64,000 nt of DNA from Octopus bimaculoides. Its lineage: Eukaryota. Positions 24,571 through 36,934 of the stretch are shown piece by piece. The notes under the pieces are model-generated. The model searched no databases. It saw only the letters and a program-made list of their open reading frames with translations, and was not told the origin of the DNA. The stretch's first letter is position 1. The number at the start of each line of letters is the position of its first letter. Made by a program: the position numbers and the translations under genes. The DNA lies in assembly GCF_001194135.2 (NCBI RefSeq), contig NC_068988.1:54772533-54836532 (forward strand), given 5' to 3'.

Positions 24571-27500
24571 GAAGCTATGATTCTAGCACTTTATTATTAT
24601 CATTCTTTCAACTCGGGATTTTGTTGGAATTCCTGAAGTCTTGTATGCAATGCAGGTTTGCTACCTGCAGCCTACAGTACCTTACTATCTGTTCTTTTCA
24701 ACTATCTAATACTTTCCTGATGATTCTGGCCATGCCAAGGAGGCAAACCTTTTGTTACATTTCTACTGAGCACTATTCCCATTTCCTTTATATTCTTCTT
24801 GATGCCTCTTAATACTGTCCTCAAGCACCCAGCAACAATTGGCACTATCTTCACCGTCTTCATTTTCCAAAGTCAAGCTATCTTGCATTTAAGAGAGTTC
24901 TGTATGTCTATTTTTCGCCTTCTTTCTTGACTGTTCATGTGTCAAAAGGGGTACACAACATCAATTATATAGCACATGTGATTCACCTTGTCCACCACCA
25001 CTAGGTTTGTTTATTACTGTTATAGCCTATGATGTGAACTGCCAAGTCCAACTACATTACAGTATTAAAAAGTTCATCCTCAAAAAATATAATGATGAAT
25101 TAATCATCCCCATGCACTTTGTAAATGGAAGAAATAAGATTCATTGACACCATACTTGGCTCACAACAGCAAAACTTCCACCATCACGTATTTTTACTTT
25201 TTTTTTTTGTTTAATCATCTCTACCTTTCCCTGTAGAGAATACATGTGTCTGTGCCATTTATTATGATCAAATGCCTTCATATTTGTTTTCTGTTCACCA
25301 GTCTAATGATGGTGGGTATAAGTACATAAATTCATATAAAAAAAAATACATAGCCTTGCAGCATAGTCATGTAAACACAAGCAATAGTCAGTGCATTCTG
25401 GCTTGCTGAGCATTGTGGGTGGTCACTAGGCTGTGTTTTTGTTGTACAAGTAGAATTTTTCTCAGTGTATCTAGAACCAAATTATGCAATATGTCCTTCC
25501 TTTCTTTTAAGAATAAAGGATGTTATTTGAGAGAGATTGGCTGCTGTGTAGAGTCTCTTTAAGCTTTGTTTAGAGAGTACGTAAGATATAGGACTACTGC
25601 ATTTGTTATTGGCATGAGCTACACCTGTCTTTCTGTTTTGTTTATAGATGAAATATAAAATATAAGTAGGTGTTTATATCCTTCTAATTGAAACTTGATG
25701 AGACTATTTAGAGGGAAAAACCTGGATTATATTCAGTAATCAAATATTCAATCTATGGCATGCTGTAATCTTTGTTGTTGCTCTAAATATGCTGGTTTCC
25801 ATCCAAAGAGTTGCCATTCCCAATTTTCCCCTTATTTCTTCAGTTATCATCATTTTCTTCTTCAATCTTTCTGCAGCTATTCAATTAATTTGTTGATCAC
25901 ATATCTACATCCCTGCTGTGAGGGTAATCTCCTGCCCATGCTTGCTTTATAGTTTAATTTAGATTGGGATCTAAGTAGACCCCAAAGCTTAGGCTTGCTA
26001 TGGTTATTATACTTGTCCATCTCTGTCAAAGCAGGAACCATTTAATACATATTTTCAAGTTGTGAATGAATTTTGGAACACTTATTTTATTGACTCTGGA
26101 GAAATAAATGACAAAGCTGAACTTGTCAGATTTTGAACTCAGTTCTGCAAAGTATCATGCTGGATACAAATTCACTTTCTTATGTCGATCATCTTTACTG
26201 ACAGGACATCTGTATAGAATAATGCCAACCACTTGTCAGAAGATAAGCCAAAAGCAAGCCAAAAGACAGATAGGGGATGGGGAAGCAGTTTTTAATCTCT
26301 AATTCTGTGTGTTACAAAAATAAAGAAGGATTTTATTCTATTTCATTGCCAATCTGTTAGTCATTTAGTTGACCCCACCCCTGTAAGAGAATAAAGAATG
26401 GTACAGAACTACATTATTTACAGTTTACTTGTGGGTTGTTGATAACTGTATTGCACAAGTCTTAGAACACCTCTCCCTCTGTTCCCTCTCATCTGGTTTT
26501 ACTTAGTGAATCATACAAAATACTAATAAGTAGTAGAAGGTGATGAAAGCATTATATAAGGGGGCATTCTTCTAACCTTCATGGAATTTTATTATTTCTT
26601 TCTTTTCCTGTTGTATTTTAGATTGTGGGATGCATAGAGATGTGTGTGGAGGTGTTGTTGTTATTTTCTCTTGTGTCTTCGTAGAAAGATAAAATATCTT
26701 ATAATTATGTTTCTTAGTTGAGCAGCAAGGAACCGTTTTGAGCTATAATTACATCATAGATCGTCCGATAACACAGTAGTTGAGGCTCGATATAAATAGA
26801 AGTGAGGTAGATGTTTGTTTACTAGCATTCACCTTCAACCATGGTGACATTTTGCATCCTAAAACCTCAAGTTCTGTCTACATCTTGTTACTCAGATATA
26901 TCACATCAGATCTGTTTAAAACCATTGAACTTTCCTCGTACATAAACAAAATGAAACACCAACAGTTGGGCAATTGCTGGCAGTTCTATTAGGAGACTTA
27001 ACCAATGACATTACAATCTTCAGTGTGAATATATTCAGATATATGTCAATGGCAGATTGACAAAATCTGTAGAACATTGAACTGAATACTTTGCAGTATT
27101 TAGTTACAATCTCTTACATTCTGAGTTCGAATCTGGCTACAATGTCAATAAAATATAATATTAAGTATTATGACCAATATAATTGATTATTTGCAACTGT
27201 TGTGTGATGTCTAGACTAGGGTACTCACAAACACACAAACATTTTCTTACACAACAGGCTTCTTTCAGTTTCCATATTCCAAATCTACTCACAAGGCTTT
27301 GGTTGGCCCAGGGTTATACTAGAAGACATTTGCCCAGTGTGCCACACACCATGGGACTGAACCCAAGGCCTACATGATTGGGAAGCAAACTTCTTAACCA
27401 CACAGCCATGTCTATTTTTATATGTGTGTGCATGTAATAAGTTCTTTGTTTGGGGCCTTGTAGGAAAAATTTAGTTCCCAGCTAAACAGTCATGGAAGTT

Positions 27501-28845
27501 TGCAGTGTGTTCTTGTTGATAACATTATCTTGTCCACTGCAGTTGTCAAGATGCCATTCAAATTGACATTTATCAGGTTGTTAAAATTTGATGATACCCT
27601 TTGTTTCCTATGCTATGACCTGTATTGAAATACCAAATATGTTATAGATATTTTCCTTAAAAAGTGTATCAACTATGAACTATTATGACTGGAACATTGT
27701 GGGACTACTATAGCTTTTATATTCTATCTATTACACTACTTCAGGATATAAACTTCCATTACTTAGGTTATTCTATCTATTGTCCAATTTGTCCTTCACA
27801 CCACCACCACCACCACCAACTACCCCCTCACATTGCATTGAGGAATGGTCAAGGGACGTTACTCTGCTTGCCCTCTGTGATACCCACTGATGTTAACACA
27901 GACAGAAGTACACTTTAGTTAACTAGTTAACTCTTTGCCTTTTCTGCTGCCCCCATAGATATTTGTTCCTCTTAGCTTACTGGATGATATCCTTATAAAA
28001 AAAACTTCTCTACAAATATTATTCTGCTCTTAAAATTCCTGTTGTGTTGCCAAGCCAAAGTCACTTCTAATAATAATAATCATGAAATTATTGTGTATAG
28101 TGCTTAGGTGCACTACAGCTCATCTTGAAGAAGGTTTAATTGCTATTTCTAGCTCATAAAGTGTCCATTGGCCTCACTCTGTGCATCCACTATATCTTTT
28201 TATATGGCTGTCAGAACAACTTCTGCTCATTTGAACTTAAAGATTACTCTACTTACTTGTCTCACCCCAGTCACTTCAACTCAATGCACTTCCATCATCT
28301 ACCATGCTAGGCTCTTTCATCAATGCTTCTTTCTCAACTCTGCACCCCCTCTCAAACTTCTTCTCTGGGCATTCCCCTTACCTATTGACCTCAAGTAATT
28401 CAAGATAAAATACTGGTCACACTATTTCTTTCCCCTCCACATACACACAGTTACCACAATCCTTCAATATGTGAGTATAAAATCTCAGGCTTCTACCGAC
28501 CCTCCTCTTTGTAAGAATTAGAAGAATGTTATCACTACTGATTTACAAAAGCACAGGCTTCTTTTGTCTGATTTAGACACACACACACACACAAAAAAAA
28601 AAAAAAAACTGACTGTTAACTATTACATACCATAATTAATTTCAGTTTAAATCTCTGGTGTCTATTTTAGCATATTTGTTATCTCTACCTGTAACTGTTT
28701 TTCTGTTATACTAATGCTGTTATATTACTGAAGATTGTCTAATTCAGTCCATTTGTGCTATATTTCCAACGAGTTCTTTTCAGTCTGTTTCTTATTTTCA
28801 TTCTATTTAGAAGCTTTTCCAAGTCTTTTTACAACTTTTGTGGAC

Positions 28846-29005
28846 TACACTCTCTGAGAGTGGTTGGCGTTAGGAAGGGCATCCAGCTGTAGAAACTCTG
28901 CCAAATCAGATTGGAGCCTGGTGTAGCCATCTGGTTCACCAGTCCTCAGTCAAATCGTCCAACCCATGCTAGCATGGAAAGCAGATGTTAAACGATGATG
29001 ATGAT
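28846..29005 (+). mobile_element. RTE-type 3' tail module
   Basis: Near-identical to 6028-6185. Confidence 0.75.
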
Positions 29006-29257
29006 GAAGTATCTATGTATCTAGGAAATATACTTGTCTGGACGATATCTTCTTGATCTACTGTATAAAATAATGAAAAACAGCACTGCTGCAAGGGTTC
29101 TGAAATCAGTTTCTAACTTATATTCTAGAATAGTGAGGGTACAAGCTACAGCTGCATTTTTTGTGGTTTCTTTTCGAAATGTGTCAAGTGAGTCTTATGT
29201 GTGTATAGTTAATGTTTTTAGGCAGATATCAAAGAGGATTGTCAGTAGGCCTTTGAG

Positions 29258-29758
29258 CAGGGGTGGAGGAACTTTTTAGCATGGCAGGTAAAAATTTTCA
29301 AAGGAAAAGGTCCACAGGCGCATCACAAGTTCTAACTCTTATATCTGTGCAAATCTTGTATATATCAAATTTGATACACATTAATAAAGATAAGTTTAAC
29401 ATGTTAAATTAACATGTAACATTTTCATTACTGCTGGCTCTGAATTTAGGATGTTTATATTACTTATGAGGTATTCTATATTTTTCTGCTAGAGAGTAGT
29501 TGGGTTTCAAGGTACAAACCTAGCAATATGTGTTTTATAGTGATAACAAAATTTCCCTTCAAATAGCAAATACCGGATGATTTCTGTTCAAGTTTAACCG
29601 TTTTAAGTTGTAGTGGAAATGCAACCTTTGTCGCAAATAAGCATACAAATATTGTATAAATTTTATAATCGAAAAATTTACTATAGTTTGTACATATGAG
29701 TATATCAGCCTGTGGGTACAATAAAGTGGACTCGCAGGCAGGGGTTTCCCCACCCCTA
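29258..29758. mobile_element. hAT-family non-autonomous element (501 bp)
   Basis: TIRs CAGGGGTGGAGGAAC / GTTTCCCCACCCCTA; 8-bp TSD CCTTTGAG vs CCTTAGAG (7/8). Confidence 0.8.
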
Positions 29759-32262
29759 CCTTAGAGAGTGTGACTTGAAGTTAAGTATATGTGTGTGTGT
29801 GTATAGTTGACAACAACATCAGATAAACTGCTAATGTGGGACCATTATTACAATACATTATGATCCATATCTGTATCTGACGTGCTGCTTAAGTTTGACA
29901 ATTTCTGTCAATTGAATGTCATAACAATAGTTTCACATTTTGTCTGTGCAGCATACTGCACATGGTGCCATTGGATTGGTGTTGGCTTATGCAATGATGA
30001 TGCAACTGCACTAGCTTAAACCATTTTCAGTGTTGGTGTTCAACATCCTGTCTGGTTAAAATAACGAAAGGACAAATCTGTGAGTGAAACATAAAAAAAT
30101 GTAGCATCTATTGTAAGCAATTATTCAATTTTCCATTTTCTATTGTTTGTAGTTTTTGTCAGTGTTTGCTTCTTTGATCTGTAGTGCCTCTTACTCTCTA
30201 CAAATGTCAGCCTATGTATTAGTTTTGAAAACTCTCTTTTTCCCTTTCTCTTGTTGAATGTCACCAATCTAATTTTCCAAATATCACTTTCCAAAACAGT
30301 ATGAAATGTCTTTCCCATGATGCTTTTATTTTTTTATTTTTTGCTTAAAATTTTGAGTTTTTATTTATTTATTGTTAAATAACCAGTCATTTAATTCTTG
30401 AATTTATATTGCAATTTATTTGACATGAGATTCTAAACTGAAATGAAGAGAAATTGCCAAAAAAGAATGAGCGGGGTGTAGTTATTTTGTGTGATTGCAT
30501 TACTGTGATATATCTACCCTACTCTAGGTCTCTTTTCCCTGCTGACTCACCCATTAAATTGGTGGATTTTGTTTTCTCTGGTGATCGGTAAAAATTGTTG
30601 TTCAACCCAAGTCAGCTCTGGAAAAGGTACACAATCAAAGACATAACTAGGATAGATTATTTGTGTGTATTTTCTGTCAGTATTACTTTCTTTCTAGTAT
30701 CTTTAGTCAACTTTCACTGTTCAGTTTTAGTCTTGACTTTTCTGAATTCAATATTAAATCGTCTAAGTTATTGGAGTGACAGTTGAGGTTGAAGAATGCC
30801 AAGAGAAGATAACCACTAAGCTTAATGTAAACTCGAAATGATCGTTGGGATTTATCTCCCTTGGTTCTGGACTACATTATTTTCTATTAATTTCTGAACT
30901 AAATGTCTAGGAAACCCAAGTATTGTATCAATGTTTGTCCACTTGTGTGTGTAGTTGTCTCATTATTGATTGATGACCCCTTTGTCTATATTACCTGATT
31001 TCTAAAAATATATATGAATAAAATTTGGGGTGTATAGACCTCAATATTTACTGTTTTTTTGAGGTTCTTTTGTGATCCTTATAGAGTATCAATGTAACTT
31101 AAATACAAAAGTTTTTCTTATTTAGCTCCCAGGTCAGTCACAATCCTGTAGGGTTATGATAAAAAGCATTCCATCCAGGATCGGGTTTTTTTTTTTTTTA
31201 AGTAGTATATCTAAGAGTACATTATCCAATGTGCCCTTTTATGAAACAGTAGGGTAAGATTCAAGGGCAATGTTACTGTTGTTTCTAACAGATCAAGTGA
31301 TAATTTAAAAAGCTCCCTAGTTCAAAATTCTGTTCACGTGTACAAATTCTGTCCTAGTATCTGCCTCTCACTCTCTAATTAGAGTAGAACTAATATTATC
31401 TGTATAGTACTTATCTGTAATAGTGTCCTCTCCTGTAGCTGTGTTGTAATTATTAAGTGTTATGTTGTTCTTATCCTTTTCATCAGCACAGTTATTCTCT
31501 ATACCACTAGTATTGATATCCTTTTGCACTTGTCCTGCTGCCACCATGTACAATATCCTTTGTAGAATTGTGATTTATTCAACCTTTAAATGTTTCAATA
31601 TCCTTTCTACTTAATTAAGCTTTTCATATCAACATTATGCTTCCTAGTGGTTTACTGCTATCTTTGAAGAATATTTCAATGAAAACCATTCAACAAGCCT
31701 TCTCTGTAAACCAGAGTTCTTTCCAATCTACTTCGTATTCTCAGTGTTCTATTGCAACAACTTTTGCCACTCTGCAAAACACATCCACACACACATAGAC
31801 TTATATCATTTCATATACTACTTCGGTTTTCACTATCCCCTGTTATCAACATCATATCTGTTTGGAAAATTACACAATACCAACCTATTTACACTATTAT
31901 CTCAATGGTATTCTGTACTTTCTTTGCTGGCATCATCAAACCTAGGTTGTTTTTGTTTCTGATATCATCCTTCATTAGTAACATTTCATAATTCTTTGCC
32001 AAGATTTTATTTCATGGCTCACTTAATTTGACTTTATTTTCTTTTACTCTATTTGTTTTTTTCTTTCTTTCTTTACATATAAAAATCTCATCCCCATCAT
32101 TATATTTTTATTTTCTCTTGATTTACTTTTGTTTTTTGTTGTTGGTTGTTTTTTTACTTTATCAGTATCAACTTCATTTTTGTTTTGTATATTACAATAA
32201 AACTAATATCTTATGACTTTCAAGTTCTCTGATCATTAATTTGGTTTTATACTACTTTGCAG

Positions 32263-32428
32263 ACCCAGGTGCCAAAAGAACAGCCACTGGAGGTTAGAGA
32301 AATAGAAGAAGACCGCATTTCTTTACGACCCATTGGTCCAGGTGTTCAAACCCTTGAACCAGATTCAATGTCCACTCTTGGTCGCCCAACTACACCAGCT
32401 TTCCCTGTCAGCCCAGCATCAAGTGTCG
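32263..32428 (+). CDS. TNS: Coding exon 3 (TQVPKEQPLEVREIEEDRISLRPIGPGVQTLEPDSMSTLGRPTTPAFPVSPASSV)
   Basis: Acceptor TTTGCAG|ACC (phase 0); donor TCG|GTGAGT (phase 1); 166 nt. RPTTPAFPVSP resembles the tensin TPxFPVSP motif. Confidence 0.85.
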
Positions 32429-33254
32429 GTGAGTCTTCGTTTCTTGCTTATCAGTTTGTTGGATTTTTGCTTACTTTCACTTCATAATGAAATTAAAAAT
32501 AATAATGTTCATGAGTTTATTATACACACAGCTCCAGTGCACTACAATAATGCTGATTGATGACAATCATTATTCTCTTTTTTAATATATACACATGCAT
32601 GCATAATATGTCTGTATGTGTATACACACACACACACACACATATATATATATGAAATATAATAATGATATATAATGAGCTTATTGTATACAGTCCTCAG
32701 GTGCACTACATACAACTCATCAGAAAAAGTAAGTCAAAAATGCATGTACAGTACATAGAATAAGTGAACAATGAATGAGTTATTCCTGAATAAAGGATAA
32801 TATTCTACAGAAAAATGCTTTGATATGTCAAAGTATGTAGCAGTATTCCTGCTACCATTCCTTCTGAGTGTGTGTCTTATGTTTATGAAATAGCAACAGT
32901 CACCTCTTCATCTGTTGCCTCATCATTTACCCATTCTGCCAAATCACTTCATTTACATTCTTTTTTTTTCAAAGGTAACATGTTTTCCCTCATAACAAAC
33001 ATGCAATGTCTCATCTAGTCTGCCTCATACATGTTTGGTATTTTGTCTATTTTGAGAATAATTGTCTGCGTGGTGGGAATTTGAGCCATAATTTGTGTCT
33101 GGGTTTCTGAAAGATAAAACAGTTCAGGGCTGTTTGTTCAGGGGCTTAAGTCTGATGTAAAAAAGAAAAGAAAAGAAAAAGAAACAGAAAAAGATTGAGA
33201 ATAGCATAACAAATGGACCATAATTCTTAAAATGTGGTTTATATGAAATTCTCG

Positions 33255-33500
33255 CTGTAATAATAATGATAATAATAATAATAATAAAAACAATATCAAT
33301 AATAATAGTAATAATAATAATAAAAACAAAAGAATAATAATAATGATGATAAAGATAATGATGATAATTACAGCCTTAACTTAACAGTTAAATTGAGATG
33401 ATTATGTTGTAACCAAAGGTAACAGTGAAATAGTAGAAGTGATATCAAAAAGAATACTAATTAATCCTAGGTAGGAATAGCAGTAATAATAATAATTATG

Positions 33501-33536
<36 letters not shown>

Positions 33537-33600
33537 TAACAACAACCACAACAGTAATGATCACAAAAATCAGTTGAACAACAAACAGCAACAATGGTTT
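33255..33600. repeat. (AAT)n-rich low-complexity tract
   Basis: Imperfect AAT/GAT/AAC trinucleotide runs. Confidence 0.9.
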
Positions 33601-34155
33601 TAACTAGTTAACCTGAGCATGACGGAATGATATTTGAAACCACAACCCTGGTGATTGTATTGCTTACTAGTCCTTACCTCCCTTCACCTCAGATCTCCCT
33701 TGTTTTTCTGTGTGTGTGTGTGCGTTTTTCCAGTTACTTTACTGTCCATCACTGTTATGTTTTTAGTATTTGTTTTTATCACCACTGCACTCAAACCAGT
33801 TGTTTTGTTATTTTTTTACTGTTATTTTTTATACTGTCTTGACTCTCCTTCACCTACTCATGCATGTCTCATGTTTATTTGCTGGTTCACCTTCATGAAC
33901 CATATGTGTACTTTCCATGTTTTAATGTGATTACTTCTTTCATTCCTTTTTCTTCCTTCCTGTCTTTCTTTTTCTTTCTTTCCTTCCTTTATTGTTTCGT
34001 TTTAATTTTTGTGTAGTTGTAGTAATGTTTTCCTTGTAGTTTGTAGCTGACTTTTTTTCAATGATTATTTTCTCAATTTTTTTTTTCTTTTTCTTATTAA
34101 AGCATGTTTAGTCACATGAATGTTATTTTTTCTACACTTGTTTCCTATATTTTAG

Positions 34156-34254
34156 CAACCCCTCCTTTCCCAGTGTCACCTGGTACGCCTTACGTCAACC
34201 CAAGTAGTCCTTTTGGCCATTCTAATTACCATTTTAGGTCTCGTGGCCATTCAG
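34156..34254 (+). CDS. TNS: 99-nt symmetric (phase 1-1) exon, ATPPFPVSPGTPYVNPSSPFGHSNYHFRSRGHS; absent from the ORF track
   Basis: Long pyrimidine tract plus TTTAG|CA; donor CAG|GTAAAC; open in the frame demanded by exon 3. TPPFPVSPGTPY matches the tensin TPxFPVSPxTPY motif. Confidence 0.75.
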
Positions 34255-36355
34255 GTAAACAACATTTGTCATCTTCATGACACCTGCTTTGTCTCCTCTC
34301 TTTTGGAAATGACATGGCCTTACTTCCATAACTCTCTCAACTTCCAAACAAACCTTTGCCTCATGGTATTGATCTACGGCTTCTTGCACATTTCCTTGCA
34401 CAGTTTTGCTTAGTGTTGCTAATCTGTTTATTTACCTTACCACTTGCTGTCGTTTTTGTTGCTTAACTCTTGCTATTTCCTGCAATCAGCTAACTTTTTG
34501 TTTTCATCACCTTATCAATATAGTGAGAGAAGACCAACAAGATGAGCGAGGCAGAATGCCAGCAATGTGAGACTTGTGAGTCTGTTGTGTTGTTTATGGT
34601 GTTTTCGTGGTGCCGACCAAATTTTGGCAAAATAGGGACTGTGGTTAGCTCTGTTGTCTGATGTATGCATGTGTGTTTGTAGGTGAATAGGGAAATGTGT
34701 GTTTGTGTCACTGTATGTTGTGTAAGTGTATGCATATTTGCACTGCATTTGAGTATATTTATAAAAGGTATATGTCACACCTGTCCATCTCATGCAAGCA
34801 TGGAAAAGCACATGTTGTGATGATAAAGATGTGTGTTAGGACATGTATTTATACATTTGTTTGGTTGTATGCCTGTGTGCATAATAATATATACATTTGT
34901 GTGTGATACTGTGTATATATGTGTTTCTGATGTATGTGTGCTCATACAAATATATGCAACTCTAATATCAAGTCTGTACATCTATCATGAGACTAATCAA
35001 TATTGCAATATAGTTTATTATCTGGATCTGAGATGTTATAAGTTTACATGCAAATTTATGCATGAATATATTTGTATCTGTGTACATGTGCACAAGTTTG
35101 TATGTTTGTATTGTTGAGATGCAGCATTAAAGTGTTGTGTGTGTATGTGTGTTGCTTGTTGAGACTTAGTGGTAAAGAAGATATATACTGTGTCTCACTA
35201 TACATTTGTATTAACAGAACCTCTCCCTCCATTAATACTAGGAAGCTTCTAAGAAGTATTTAGACTCATGACAATATAGTTGTGTGTGTCATTTAATGCT
35301 CTGCAAGTCACTGACAATTTTTTTTTTTTTTTAAATGTCCATGTTTTGACAATGGATTTTTTCTTTTGGTTAAATCATTTTTGAAAAGTTTGTGGATTGA
35401 AGCATCATGTCAGTGCCACATAAAAGCCCCTGTGCTGGTGCCATGTATAAAACACTCATGCTAGTGCCCATATATCTCACCTGTGTAGGTGTCACATATG
35501 AAGCACCCATGTCAATGTCATGTAAAAAGTACCCAGTCCACTCTGTAAAGTGGCTGGCATTAGGAAAGATATCCAATTGCAGAAACCATGCTAAAACAGA
35601 CAATTGGAGTCTGGACTCTTCCCAGCTGGCTAGCTCCATGTCAAACCATCCAACCCATGCCAGCATGGAAAATGGACATTAAATGATGATGATGATAGTT
35701 TATGTACATCGATGTTGAACTAAATATTTTTAGGAGTGAGTTTTCATTATAGACCAGCCTTCTATCACAATGAGCAAAGTTTTGTTATACATAATCCACC
35801 AAAGTCATAGATCTAGTTCAAATTTCTTGTTGGCGTCAAGGCTACATGATTCTTTATCTATATATTTTGTGGCTCCATAATTGAAGCCCTGGTCTTATCT
35901 CAATGTGAAGTAGAGCAGAAATTACATAACCATATCATTCTTATTTACAAGATTCAAATCTCATTCTCCAACTCCTGCTGATATCCCTAATTGTTTTTCT
36001 ACAGTCTAATAAATAAACCATACCAAAACAGACCCACAAGTATGGTGGAGGCTCCTGCCTGGCCAGCTCCTGTCAAACCATCCAACCTATACCAGCATGA
36101 TGATGAGATACACACACACATCTATACATTTATTATTCTTTAACAAGAATATTATAAAATATTATTAACAGCAACTCTGAAGTTTTGGACTGTCAACAAA
36201 GACCTAATTGGTTGATACTTCAAAGTTGCTGTCAACAACATTCTTGTATAAAAATAATAAATCCATATTCTACAACAGTAGAGAGTAAACCATCAGATTA
36301 ACTTTAAATTGTTATTATAACTGAACATAAAAACAAACATTAACTCAATATATTT

Positions 36356-36401
<46 letters not shown>

Positions 36402-36449
36402 ATTTATGCATGTGTATATATCCGTATGTATACGTGTGTGTGTGTGTGT

Positions 36450-36660
36450 TAGTGAATCCAAACAAAGAAGAACAAACAAGAAAACACAACAACGCAAGGA
36501 TGTAGTATAAGTACTGTATTATCAGGCACTTAGGAAAGGAAAGAAAGAAAATTTTACATTTCGAGCAAAGCTCTTCTTCAGAAATAGAGGAAAGTCCAAA
36601 AGAAGGGAAGACAGAGGAAGAAAATCGCCAATGATACACATGTGGTTACATTTTGAAATA
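36450..36660 (-). mobile_element. Short non-coding Penelope-like/retrozyme-like repeat carrying the hammerhead
   Basis: Pyrimidine-rich leader, hammerhead, T-rich trailer, flanked by (AT)n; same architecture as 62515-62680. Confidence 0.5.
36551..36585 (-). ncRNA. Minimal type-I hammerhead ribozyme motif
   Basis: Minus strand reads ATTT-CTGAAGA-A-GAGC-TTT-GCTC-GAAA-TGT-A-AAAT: core CUGANGA, 4-bp helix II, GAAA, GUA triplet, helix I ATTT/AAAT. Confidence 0.6.
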
Positions 36661-36669
36661 TATATATAT

Positions 36670-36930
36670 GTCTGATGCCACTGCCCTCATTTGCACTTCC
36701 TGCTGTGAAGTTGGTTCATCGTGACTCTTGACAGTAAGAGATCTAGTTTCGTTTTGGGGACACTTACATCCACCCTATGCAGATCTCTCAGGTACTTCAG
36801 GAGGATATTAAAGAGCTGTGGTGCTTTAAAACCCAGGCCGTTGCAATATTTTGTCCTATATTTTGATGGCAAAGTTGGAATCTTTAGCACTATGCAGTGG
36901 CGCCCTGTTCTAACAGAATGCAAGTGTCAG
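36670..36930 (-). mobile_element. Non-LTR retrotransposon (CR1/L2-group-like) ORF2 C-terminal fragment
   Basis: GRHCIVLKIP...KAPQLFNILLKYLRDL...KLDLLLSRV, then frameshifted DEPTSQQEVQMRA, typical of LINE ORF2 C-termini. Confidence 0.65.
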
Positions 36931-36934
36931 AAAT

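Noticed and set aside
27917-27932. 16-bp palindrome AGTTAACTAGTTAACT
   Set aside because: Tandem copy of an 8-bp palindrome; plausibly slippage.
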